Source of the DNA: a gamma proteobacterium HTCC2207
Lineage (GTDB): Bacteria > Pseudomonadota > Gammaproteobacteria > Pseudomonadales > Porticoccaceae
DNA length: 64,000 nt
Assembly: GCA_905182265.1 (NCBI GenBank)
Contig: CAJJAO010000008.1
Span: 5,742-69,741, forward strand
Direction: 5' to 3'
The translations under genes were made by a program, and so were the position numbers. Under the pieces are notes generated by a model. It saw only the letters and a program-made list of their open reading frames with translations. It had not been told where the DNA came from and did no database searches. Shown here one piece after another: positions 1 through 9,132 of the stretch. Positions within the stretch are counted from its first letter, which is position 1, and the number at the start of each line of letters is the position of its first letter.

Positions 1-2426
1 CAATTTCAATGACTGCTATCTCCGGTGACAAAATCTCGGACGCTAACATTCAAACCATGGCCGATCTAAGCGGATATGTTCCTAACTTAGGTATTTCAGA
101 AAATGCTGTAAACAGTATTATTTCTATGCGCGGTATCGGCGTAGGCGCCAACCAGTCGTTTGAGCAATCAGTTGGTGTTTATGTAGATGGCGTTCACTAC
201 GGCAAGAGCCGTCAAGTTCGTACTGGTCTGTTTGACCTAGGACAGGTTGAGGTACTTCGTGGCCCTCAGGGTATTCTTTTTGGTAAGAACACACTTGCTG
301 GCGCGATTAACGTAACCTCAGCTTCTGCAACAGTTGGCGACGAAATGTCAGGCAGAGTAAGTGTTAGCCGTGAAAGTAACCAAGGCGAGACTGCTGAAGT
401 TATACTAAATGCCCCTGTCACTGACAACCTAGCTATTAGACTGGCTTATCGTGATCGTAGCGATGATGGCTACATGACCAATGGTTATGCCACTTCACAA
501 AACGGTGCCCAGCCTTCATTCCCTAGTACTGATGAGCAAATTTGGCGTCTTTCTGCTACATGGGAGCCTACCGACAGTACTACTGTTAAGTTTAAAACTG
601 GCGCAAGCGATTTTGTCCGTTTGGGCTCAACCGCAGCGCTAAATCGCTTCCAGCCTGAGGCAAACATTGCAGCTTCAAACGGCTTGATGTACGCAGTAAT
701 GGGCATCATGTTCCCAAGCTATGCAGGCGGGGTTGCAGCTGGCGTCGTTGACCCCTATCGTGACTCGATTTCACTTGGCGGTTTAGCCCTGGCCCAGAGC
801 CTAGGTAGAGATCTTGACCAAACTGAAGAGAAGCCAGAGGGCACTGACACTCAGACTACTGAAAACTCTCTTAACATTAAGATGGAGTTAGACAATGGTT
901 ATACGCTTACGTCGGTGACTGGTCACTCAGGTTATGAGTATGAAGACGGCATTGATGCTGACTTTTTACCCGTTAGGTTTATCGGTCGAAGCGATATTTC
1001 TGACTATAGCCAGACAAGCCAAGAATTCCGGTTAGAGTCGCCAACAGATGAGGCTTTCTCTTGGGTTACTGGTGCATATTGGCAGACACAGGAACAGGAA
1101 ATTGACCGTACAGTTGTCATTGACGGTACGTTAGGTAATCCTGGACTCATGACGGCGATCGTCGGCTGTAGCTCGTTCTTAAACCTTCCTCGAGCACTGG
1201 TAGGCCCCGCTTTTTGTATCAACGGCGTCACATCGTTTGATCAATCAGGGCGTGTTTCCAACTGGAAACAGGACACTGATGCTTGGGCAGTCTTCTTCCA
1301 AGGCACCTATGACATCACAGATACTCTAAGCCTGACTGCCGGTGTGCGTTATACCGAAGAAGAGAAATCAGTTCACGCGCAAACAGACCTTGTTCATGAC
1401 ACCACGGGCTTAGCGACTCCAAGTGCTAACCCATACAACGCTGCTATTAACGCTGCAAGCTTTGGATCATACCAGCACGTTTTTGATGAAGATCGCAAGA
1501 CTGACCAGTTGATGCCTGCACTTAACCTGACTTGGGAAATGTCAGACACTAGCCTACTTTACGTAAGCTACTCAGAAGGCTTTAAGAGCGGTGGTTTTAA
1601 CTCGGTAGATGACCAGAACCCTGAAATTGCAGCCGATGGTTCAGTTCTGCGAACTACTCCTGGACTCGGTTTCGAATATGAAGATGAAAATGCTGAGTCT
1701 TTCGAAATTGGTGGCAAGCACACCTTAATGGACGGCTCAATGACCGTTAACTGGGCGGTGTTCAACAGCGAGTACATGAACCAGCAGGTATCTACATTCG
1801 TCGGTCTAGGCTTTGTTGTTGCAAACGCAGCAAGCTCTGATATCCGCGGAATTGAGATAGACATGCAGTACCAGGCGACTGATAACCTAAGACTTGGCGC
1901 CAATGTTGCCATGCTGGATGCAAAGTACGGAGCTTTTGACGCTGCCGGTTGTACCGCTTCGCAAGACTCGGCGCTAATTGGTCTAGGCACACTAACCTCT
2001 TCTTCACCTGTTACCGCAGCAATGGGTTGTCAGGCGCAGTTTGATGGTGCTGGCAATAAAGCCGGTCAAAGCCAGGATCTTTCTGGTGACGACTTCGGTG
2101 CTGGGTACTCAGGTTCTTTGAGTGCTGATTACTCTCAGCCACTGGATAACGGCTTAGTTATGTTTGCTAGTGCAGACTACAACTTTACCGACGAGTACAA
2201 AATGACCGGTGACCATGACCCAATTGATATTCAGCAAGGGTTTGGCAAGGTTAATGTTCGAGTTGGTGTTCGTGGCGATAGCTGGGACTTCATGTTTTAC
2301 GGTAAGAACATCACTGACAAGATCACTGCTCAAGGAGCGTTTGATATTCCTCTAGCAAGTGGCTCTCACGGCCGGTATAGATCTCCGGGTGAAATGTGGG
2401 GAGGTCGCTTTACTTACAGATTCTAA
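1..2426 (+). CDS. TonB-dependent receptor (5' end lies before the window)
   Basis: Plug motifs (ISMRGIG, VGVYVDGVH, QVEVLRGPQGILFGKNTLAGAIN), beta-barrel-like pattern, C-terminal aromatic F (RFTYRF). Frame is open to base 1 (..ISMTAISGDKI) and no signal peptide is seen, so the ORF-track start at 9 is internal. Confidence 0.93.
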   Translation, partial: ISMTAISGDKISDANIQTMADLSGYVPNLGISENAVNSIISMRGIGVGANQSFEQSVGVYVDGVHYGKSRQVRTGLFDLGQVEVLRGPQGILFGKNTLAGAINVTSASATVGDEMSGRVSVSRESNQGETAEVILNAPVTDNLAIRLAYRDRSDDGYMTNGYATSQNGAQPSFPSTDEQIWRLSATWEPTDSTTVKFKTGASDFVRLGSTAALNRFQPEANIAASNGLMYAVMGIMFPSYAGGVAAGVVDPYRDSISLGGLALAQSLGRDLDQTEEKPEGTDTQTTENSLNIKMELDNGYTLTSVTGHSGYEYEDGIDADFLPVRFIGRSDISDYSQTSQEFRLESPTDEAFSWVTGAYWQTQEQEIDRTVVIDGTLGNPGLMTAIVGCSSFLNLPRALVGPAFCINGVTSFDQSGRVSNWKQDTDAWAVFFQGTYDITDTLSLTAGVRYTEEEKSVHAQTDLVHDTTGLATPSANPYNAAINAASFGSYQHVFDEDRKTDQLMPALNLTWEMSDTSLLYVSYSEGFKSGGFNSVDDQNPEIAADGSVLRTTPGLGFEYEDENAESFEIGGKHTLMDGSMTVNWAVFNSEYMNQQVSTFVGLGFVVANAASSDIRGIEIDMQYQATDNLRLGANVAMLDAKYGAFDAAGCTASQDSALIGLGTLTSSSPVTAAMGCQAQFDGAGNKAGQSQDLSGDDFGAGYSGSLSADYSQPLDNGLVMFASADYNFTDEYKMTGDHDPIDIQQGFGKVNVRVGVRGDSWDFMFYGKNITDKITAQGAFDIPLASGSHGRYRSPGEMWGGRFTYRF

Positions 2427-2445
2427 TTATCTGTTGGTAGACCAG

Positions 2446-2475
2446 AAAAGGACGGGTATCCCCCGTCCTTTTTTT
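2446..2475 (+). terminator. Rho-independent terminator after the TBDR
   Basis: AAAAGGACGGG-tatcc-CCCGTCCTTTT stem followed by a T-run, about 20 nt after the stop codon. Confidence 0.85.
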
Positions 2476-2570
2476 ATGTCTCGAATGTCTGATTTTGCAA
2501 CATTAATGACCGGTTTCGACAGTGCAGAGCGCGGTCATTGAGTTATGATAAAGACAAAAAGGGGAATACC

Positions 2571-3359
2571 ATGAGTACAGCATTAGTAACAGGCGCATCT
2601 GACGGCATAGGCTTGGAGTTCTGTAAAATTCTGGCCGGCCGGGGCTATAATCTTATTCTGGTCTCTCGCCGCGAAGCGTTACTACACCAAATCAGCAGCG
2701 ACCTAAGTACAGAGCACGGTATTCAATGCACCGTTATCGCCGCTGACCTAGCAAAGCCAAAAGCTGCTCAAAAGCTATTCGAAGCCACCCAACAAAAAGG
2801 CCTGCAGGTGGACTTTTTAATTAATAATGCGGGGCTTTTACACAATGGTTTTTTTACCGAGCTAGATCTAAAAGCCCAAGAGACCATGATGACAGTGAAT
2901 ATGCTGGCACTGACGTCCCTCACCCACCTGTATGCCAATGATATGACTGCAAGAAATAGCGGCCATATTCTCAATGTTGCGTCCCTTGCCGCTTGGGCGC
3001 CACTGCCCAATCAAAATATCTATGCAGCCACCAAAGCCTTTGTACTCTCGTTTACCCAGGCATTACACAATGAACTAAAGGCCGCCGATACCGGCGTCAC
3101 TGCAACTGCACTGTGCCCCGGCTATACCGATACCAGGATGATGGATAACCCAGATCAGGGAGCTAAACTGACCGTCCCCGCAGGTATGCTGCAATCGGCC
3201 CAAGACGTGGCCGAGCAAGGTATCAATGCCTGCCTTAAAGGCAAGGCTACAGTGATTCCCGGCATATCAAACCGTATGACGGCCTGGATTACTCATCTAT
3301 TCCCAAAGATGACATTGGCCAACATTGCGGGCCGTTTTTACCGCAAAAATATGGCCTAG
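2571..3359 (+). CDS. Classical short-chain dehydrogenase/reductase (SDR)
   Basis: TGASDGIG Rossmann motif, NNAG, catalytic YAATK. Start ATG 2571 follows GGGG; the ORF track starts at 2538. Confidence 0.9.
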   Translation: MSTALVTGASDGIGLEFCKILAGRGYNLILVSRREALLHQISSDLSTEHGIQCTVIAADLAKPKAAQKLFEATQQKGLQVDFLINNAGLLHNGFFTELDLKAQETMMTVNMLALTSLTHLYANDMTARNSGHILNVASLAAWAPLPNQNIYAATKAFVLSFTQALHNELKAADTGVTATALCPGYTDTRMMDNPDQGAKLTVPAGMLQSAQDVAEQGINACLKGKATVIPGISNRMTAWITHLFPKMTLANIAGRFYRKNMA

Positions 3360-3360
3360 G

Positions 3361-3425
3361 TTTTTAGTTGCCGAGCTTTCTAATAGAGAGCATTTTAGTA
3401 GCCAAGATTTTTAGTCGCCTAGAGC
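3361..3425. repeat. Degenerate 15-18 bp tandem array just after the SDR stop codon
   Basis: tttttagttgccgagc / tttctaatagagagca / ttttagtagccaaga / tttttagtcgcctagagc. Confidence 0.55.
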
Positions 3426-3513
3426 CTCAGAAGCAAAGAACCTTAGAAGTTCAGAGACCTGGGAGCATAGCAATCTAACCAAATTAAATAGCAACGAATA
3501 TTGAGAGACTATC

Positions 3514-4491
3514 ATGGGTCAAAAACTACCTAAAAAAGTATTAATAACCGGCGCCAATGGTTTTATTGGCAGCAACCTAATGGCTCATTACAAAGCAGCG
3601 GGCATTGCCGTTATTGGCGTCGACCTTGTTGGTAATGACAGCGATATTATCGCGGCCGATATAGGCAATCCAGAGACCATAAGCCAGCAGCTAAAAGACT
3701 GTGATGTGGTCATTCACACTGCCGCGCTGGTTTCAAACTCTATCCCCGATGCAGATATGTGGCGAGTGAATGTGCTAGCCACTCGCAACCTAGTAGTAGC
3801 CGCTGAGAAACATAAGGTTCGACGCTTTGTGCAGCTATCCTCTATCGTTGCCTATGGTAATGCAGCTGAGGGCGAGCTGGACGAAACTCAGCCAGTACAT
3901 GCCGACGGTGGCAGCTATGTATTAACCAAGCTAGCCTCAGAGCATGTGGTACTTACCACCGCAGCTAACACGGCCATGGAGACGGTCATTATTCGACCAG
4001 GCGATGTGTATGGTCCCGGCAGTCGTCCCTGGGTAATACTGCCAATTGAAGCCATTAACAAAGGGCAATTTATACTGCCAGCTAAGGGTGAGGGCTTCTT
4101 TCGCCCCATCTATATTGATGATCTGATTCGTGGCATTGCTCTGGCTGTGTCCACCCAAGAGGCCAGCGGCGAGATATTTAACCTCTCCTGCTCGGGTTAT
4201 ATGAGCACCAAAGAATTCTTTAGTCACCATTACCAGTGGATGAATAAGTCTGGCCCTAAAACAGTCTCAACTCGACTAGCTCTGCTCGCCGCTTCAGCAG
4301 CAACCACTATCGCCAACCTGACGGGCGGCGTTAATGAAGCATCGACGGCTACTGTTTTACAGCTATGCACTAAAAGTTGGTTTAGCATTGCCAAGGCAGA
4401 GCGAATACTAGGCTGGAAACCCGAGATGCCCTTTGACGAAGGTATACAGCGTTCAAAAGTCTGGGCTCAGGAGCAGGGCTTAATTAAATAA
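3514..4491 (+). CDS. NAD-dependent epimerase/dehydratase (extended SDR, 3-beta-HSD-like)
   Basis: TGANGFIG, VIHTAA, YVLTK catalytic motif, IRPGDVYGPG. Confidence 0.88.
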   Translation: MGQKLPKKVLITGANGFIGSNLMAHYKAAGIAVIGVDLVGNDSDIIAADIGNPETISQQLKDCDVVIHTAALVSNSIPDADMWRVNVLATRNLVVAAEKHKVRRFVQLSSIVAYGNAAEGELDETQPVHADGGSYVLTKLASEHVVLTTAANTAMETVIIRPGDVYGPGSRPWVILPIEAINKGQFILPAKGEGFFRPIYIDDLIRGIALAVSTQEASGEIFNLSCSGYMSTKEFFSHHYQWMNKSGPKTVSTRLALLAASAATTIANLTGGVNEASTATVLQLCTKSWFSIAKAERILGWKPEMPFDEGIQRSKVWAQEQGLIK

Positions 4492-4498
4492 CTATAGC

Positions 4499-5575
4499 CT
4501 AACCGCGGAAGGAGCCAGCAGTGCGCCCTGTCCACTGCTTAAAGCTGCGATAAAAAGACCGCGACTCAGCATATCCAAGCTCATGGGCAATACTGTCAAG
4601 ACTGAGCTCTGTATTTTTGAGAAAGTACAGAGCCAGCTCTAGGCGCAGCTCATTTAAAACATCTTTGTACTGAGTGCCCTCTTCCGCCAGCTTGCGCTGC
4701 AATGTGCGGCTGCTAATACCCAGTTTTTCTGCTATTACAGCACTTGAAGGAGTCTGCTGCTTAAGCATTAGGCGCAATAAATTTTTCACCTGATCAGTGA
4801 CTCGCTGGTTGGGCGTAATCTCTGCCAGAAGACGGGTCGCATGGCCAAGCAACATTTCTAGTAGCTTTTCATTGGCCTGGGGTAGCGGCACGTCAAGCCT
4901 AGCTTCATTAATACGCAGACCACTAGACCGTTGGTCAAACAAAACTTCACGGCCAAATACTTCGGCATAGTCCGCTAACAGCTCAGGGTTTTGGGGAGCT
5001 GAATGCTCAAACCAGACCGCATCGTGGAGTTCGATGTTAAGAAAATTTCGCGCGTAGGTCACCCAGCACGCCAACACATGCTCAACCTCATGGCGCACAG
5101 CCTCAGGGTTGTTGAATTTACAGCGCCAGCTCTGCAGGGCAAAACCGTCTTTAATTTCTACTGAGGTGACGCCCATATCACCTACAATTTTTTCAAAAAT
5201 GGGAATCTTGGCCTGAATCATGCGCAGAGTAGAGCAGTTCATAGAGATATAACCGAGCACCGAATAGGATGCCGGCTCGATAAAGCGTGCAGAGTGGAGG
5301 CCAAAACAGGGGTCGCCGGTAGCTTCAATAAGCAGTTTCAGCAGATGCTCCATGGCAGAGATGGGAATGTGCTTACTGCTATCAGTCAATATCTGCGAAT
5401 CGATACCTGCCAGCTCTAGAAGCGGTAAATAATCTACCCCGCAGGCTTGAGCCGATTTCAGATACTGATTGATCGCCGGCACCGAAGCCAAGCTATCACC
5501 GCTTATATCCAACATAATGCTATCCGTTATCCCAGTTACTGCTGTATTGGTTACACTCTTAACTAAGGTATTCAT
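4499..5575 (-). CDS. AraC-family transcriptional regulator (OruR/GliR-like)
   Basis: C-terminal double HTH (IAEKLGISSRTLQRKL...IAHELGYAESRSFYRSFKQWTGRT) and an N-terminal sensor domain; divergent from the FAD-oxidase operon. Confidence 0.9.
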   Translation of the reverse strand: MNTLVKSVTNTAVTGITDSIMLDISGDSLASVPAINQYLKSAQACGVDYLPLLELAGIDSQILTDSSKHIPISAMEHLLKLLIEATGDPCFGLHSARFIEPASYSVLGYISMNCSTLRMIQAKIPIFEKIVGDMGVTSVEIKDGFALQSWRCKFNNPEAVRHEVEHVLACWVTYARNFLNIELHDAVWFEHSAPQNPELLADYAEVFGREVLFDQRSSGLRINEARLDVPLPQANEKLLEMLLGHATRLLAEITPNQRVTDQVKNLLRLMLKQQTPSSAVIAEKLGISSRTLQRKLAEEGTQYKDVLNELRLELALYFLKNTELSLDSIAHELGYAESRSFYRSFKQWTGRTAGSFRG

Positions 5576-5867
5576 TACACCATTAATTGTATTATCTAGG
5601 CACCCCCTACTTATGTAATAGTTAATTGTAAGTTGGGGGCAAGTTAGCTTCTAGTTACATCAGCCTGACCGAAATAGTGACCCTCCTGTCGCTCTGCGAC
5701 AGTGACCCATTTTACTCTGCCTTTATTATAGAGATTAATGGCTATAGTATGGCTGGACGGTGCCCTAAGGGCGACTAACGATCGTTAATGATAATCAGAT
5801 TGTAGTAAGTGCACGACGCTTGAGCTACGACATTTAACTAAAAATAATACTTATAAAGGTGGGTGAT

Positions 5868-7481
5868 ATGCGGCTCTGGAATGGCTGGGGAAAAGAAAAT
5901 AGCGAACTGACTATGGAGCTCAATAGCGGCTTAAAAATGCTCCTTGGGGCCCTTGTTGGACCTGGCGTATCTCTGCCTGAAGCAAGCCTTGAAGAAGTTG
6001 TGGCCACAGTGCCTGCCTCAAGGCTCAGCACTCACCCCCTAATTAGCACAGATCCCGAAACAAGAGTGCGCCATGCCAGGGGCCAAAGTCTGCCCGACTG
6101 GCTGGCCATGCACAGTGGCGAGGTAGGTACTTTCCCAGACGGTGTTGCCTTACCAGAGTCCAGCCAGCAGGTTCGTGAGTTACTGCAGTATGCGGCAGAC
6201 CATGATCTCGATGTAATTCCCTACGGTGGCGGTACCTCTGTTGTAGGCCATATTAATCCCAATGCCAGTGACCGCCCCGTACTCACCATTAGCATGGCAA
6301 AAATGAATAAGCTCATCAAACTAGACCCTATAAGCCAACTCGCCACCTTTGGTGCTGGTATACCGGGCCCAGAAATTGAAGACCTGCTAAAAGCTGAAGG
6401 CTTTACCCTTGGTCATTTCCCGCAATCTTGGGAGCTGTCTACCTTGGGGGGCTGGGTAGCCAGCCGCTCCAGTGGCCAGCAGTCATTGCACTACGGCCGT
6501 ATAGAGGCGCTATTTGCCGGTGGCAGTATGGAGACACTTAAGGGCACCATGAATATCCCAACTATTCCGGCCTCCTCTGCCGGGCCTGATATTCGTGAGA
6601 TGGTCATGGGGTCAGAGGGCCGCATGGGCATTATTACTGAGGTGACAGTGCGCGTGACGCCAGTGCCTGAGGCCGAGCAGTTTCAGGTTGTGTTTTTCCC
6701 TTCGTGGGAAGCCGGTCTAGCCGCCGCGAGAGGGCTGGTACAGCAGCGTGTGGCCTTATCGATGGTGCGACTTAGCAACCCCCTAGAAACCATTAGCCTG
6801 CTCCATATGGGCGCAGGAGAGGATACCGCTGGTCTTGTCGCTCTTGAAAGTGCCCTGGCTGAGAAAGGCATTGGCACAGGCAAAGTCATGATGACCTTTG
6901 GGGTGACCGGCAGTGCCAAGCATTGTGTCCACGCTAAAGAGACGGCCCTAGAACTATGCACTTCCCATGGTGGCGCAGCAGACCAATCTGGTCTAGGTGA
7001 CAACTGGGCCCATGGCCGCTTTCGCGCACCCTATGTTCGCGACCCTTTAGGGACTGCCGGCTATGCCGTCGATACTATGGAAACTGCCGTCGACTGGTCT
7101 GCAGTGACAGATTCTATCGATAAAATTGAGCATGCTATTCGCACTGGTCTAGAAGATGAAGGCGAGCAGGTACATGCTTACACCCATCTAAGCCATGTCT
7201 ATGGCCAAGGCTCCAGCATTTACACCACCTATATTTATCGTTTTGGTGACAGCTATAAGCAAGCACTGCAGCGATGGCATAAACTTAAAGCGGCAGGGGC
7301 AGAACAGATTGTCGCTTGCGGTGGCACTATCAGCCATCAACACGGTGTCGGCGCAGATCACCGCAACTACTTAGCGGCGGAGAAAGGTGATCTTGGTATT
7401 GCCGCCATAAATAGCCTGTGCGAACTCTTTGACCCCAATGGCCGTATGAATCCAGGCAAACTTTTACCGGACAGTAAATAA
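5868..7481 (+). CDS. FAD-linked oxidase, alkyl-dihydroxyacetonephosphate synthase (AGPS)-like
   Basis: MRLWNGWG start, IPYGGGTSV, GHFPQSWELSTLGGWVASRSSGQ, GSEGRMGIITE, C-terminal ISHQHGVG and MNPGK (FAD_binding_4 / FAD-oxidase_C features). Confidence 0.85.
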   Translation: MRLWNGWGKENSELTMELNSGLKMLLGALVGPGVSLPEASLEEVVATVPASRLSTHPLISTDPETRVRHARGQSLPDWLAMHSGEVGTFPDGVALPESSQQVRELLQYAADHDLDVIPYGGGTSVVGHINPNASDRPVLTISMAKMNKLIKLDPISQLATFGAGIPGPEIEDLLKAEGFTLGHFPQSWELSTLGGWVASRSSGQQSLHYGRIEALFAGGSMETLKGTMNIPTIPASSAGPDIREMVMGSEGRMGIITEVTVRVTPVPEAEQFQVVFFPSWEAGLAAARGLVQQRVALSMVRLSNPLETISLLHMGAGEDTAGLVALESALAEKGIGTGKVMMTFGVTGSAKHCVHAKETALELCTSHGGAADQSGLGDNWAHGRFRAPYVRDPLGTAGYAVDTMETAVDWSAVTDSIDKIEHAIRTGLEDEGEQVHAYTHLSHVYGQGSSIYTTYIYRFGDSYKQALQRWHKLKAAGAEQIVACGGTISHQHGVGADHRNYLAAEKGDLGIAAINSLCELFDPNGRMNPGKLLPDSK

Positions 7482-7485
7482 AACT

Positions 7486-9078
7486 ATGACCCAAAACTCT
7501 TCTCGCGAATCACTGCTTACAAAAATGCGTGACGGCCAATCTCTCAACTGGGATGTGATTATTGTCGGCGGAGGTGTTACCGGCGCTGGGGTGCTGCGGG
7601 AAGCGGTGCGTCGTGGCTATAAAGCATTGTTATTGGAGCAGCAGGATTTTTCTTGGGGAACATCAAGTCGCTCATCAAAAATGGTCCATGGGGGCCTACG
7701 CTATTTGGCCGCCGGTGACTTAAAGCTCACTAAGCACTCCTTAGAAGAACGAGAGCGTTTACTGAAAGAAGCGCCCGGCTTAGTCGATCGTATCGCCTTT
7801 TATTTTGCCCTTGGCAAAGGCAACTTTCCCGGCCGTTTTGCCATGAGTGTAATTCTGACCATCTATGACTTTTTAGCCCGCATCCGCGACCATCGCTACT
7901 GTAAAAATGCAGCATTAAAAATACGTTTTCCCGGTATAGAAACCAAAGACCTTAAAGGCGCCTGTTACTACACCGACGCCATGGTCGATGACTCTAGATT
8001 GGTACTTCGAGTACTTCAAGAGAGCATCGATAATGGCGGCAAGGCGCTCAACTACTGCAAAGTCAGCAAACTTACGACCTCTGAGAACCAGGTCACTGGT
8101 GTAGTAGTTCAAGACATAACCAATGGAGGCACTCTAGAACTGACGGCCCCCGTTGTAATAAATGCCACTGGCGCATGGGCTGACAAATTGCGTAACCAAT
8201 TTACCCCAGAGACACGTGTTCGCCCACTGCGCGGTAGCCATCTTATTATTCCCAAACAGCTATGCCCTATGACTGACGTGCTCACCTCATTGCACCCAGA
8301 CGACAAACGCGGGGTCTATGTCTACCCCTGGGAAGGCACCACTGTTATTGGCACAACAGACCTAGACCACAAAGAAGATTTAGATATTGAAGCTAGTATT
8401 TCGAACCAAGAGACTCAGTATTTACTAGACGGTTTTAATGCTGTTTTTCCAGATAATCTATTGTCTAGATCAGACATCCTATCCACCTGGGCTGGTGTGC
8501 GCCCCGTCATAGGTTCTGATGATGCCAAAGACCCCTCAAAAGAGCGTCGCGATCATGCGACCTGGTCAGACAATGGGCTCATTACTGTCAGCGGCGGCAA
8601 GCTCACTACCTTTAGATTAATCGCTCTAGATGCTCTGGCAGCAGCACAACCTAGGCTCCCTGAAGCTCAAGCATTTACAGACGACCGAGTATTTTCCGCG
8701 CCCAGCATTACAGCCGAAGCATTGGTCCCCTCTAACCCAGCTTGGGCTCAGAGGTTGCTAGGCCGCTATGGCGACAAAGCACAGGCAATATTGGCAGAGG
8801 CTAGCGCCCAAGAGCAAAAGCAGATAGGCGACACAGAATTCTGTCTAGCAGAATGCCGCTGGGCAGCACGCCACGAATCAGTGCAGCATCTGGACGACCT
8901 GCTGCTGCGGCGCACTAGACTGGGAATGTGCCTAGCCAATGGCGGCAGTGAAATTTTTGCCTCATTACAAGAAATTTGCATGGCCGAATTGGGTTGGGAT
9001 AAGCAGCAGTGGCAGGCGGAATTGTCCCGCTACCAAGATATTTGGCAGCGCTTTTACTACCTTCCCGAGGTTTCCTAA
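7486..9078 (+). CDS. FAD-dependent glycerol-3-phosphate dehydrogenase/oxidase family protein (GlpD2-like)
   Basis: IVGGGVTG, GTSSRSSKMVHGGLRYL, INATGAWAD, WAGVRP, SGGKLTTFR, LDDLLLRRTRLG. Confidence 0.88.
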   Translation: MTQNSSRESLLTKMRDGQSLNWDVIIVGGGVTGAGVLREAVRRGYKALLLEQQDFSWGTSSRSSKMVHGGLRYLAAGDLKLTKHSLEERERLLKEAPGLVDRIAFYFALGKGNFPGRFAMSVILTIYDFLARIRDHRYCKNAALKIRFPGIETKDLKGACYYTDAMVDDSRLVLRVLQESIDNGGKALNYCKVSKLTTSENQVTGVVVQDITNGGTLELTAPVVINATGAWADKLRNQFTPETRVRPLRGSHLIIPKQLCPMTDVLTSLHPDDKRGVYVYPWEGTTVIGTTDLDHKEDLDIEASISNQETQYLLDGFNAVFPDNLLSRSDILSTWAGVRPVIGSDDAKDPSKERRDHATWSDNGLITVSGGKLTTFRLIALDALAAAQPRLPEAQAFTDDRVFSAPSITAEALVPSNPAWAQRLLGRYGDKAQAILAEASAQEQKQIGDTEFCLAECRWAARHESVQHLDDLLLRRTRLGMCLANGGSEIFASLQEICMAELGWDKQQWQAELSRYQDIWQRFYYLPEVS

Positions 9079-9132
9079 TTTTTCCCGGTATAAAAATAAT
9101 AATAGAATTAAAAAAATGGCGGCATCAATAAA

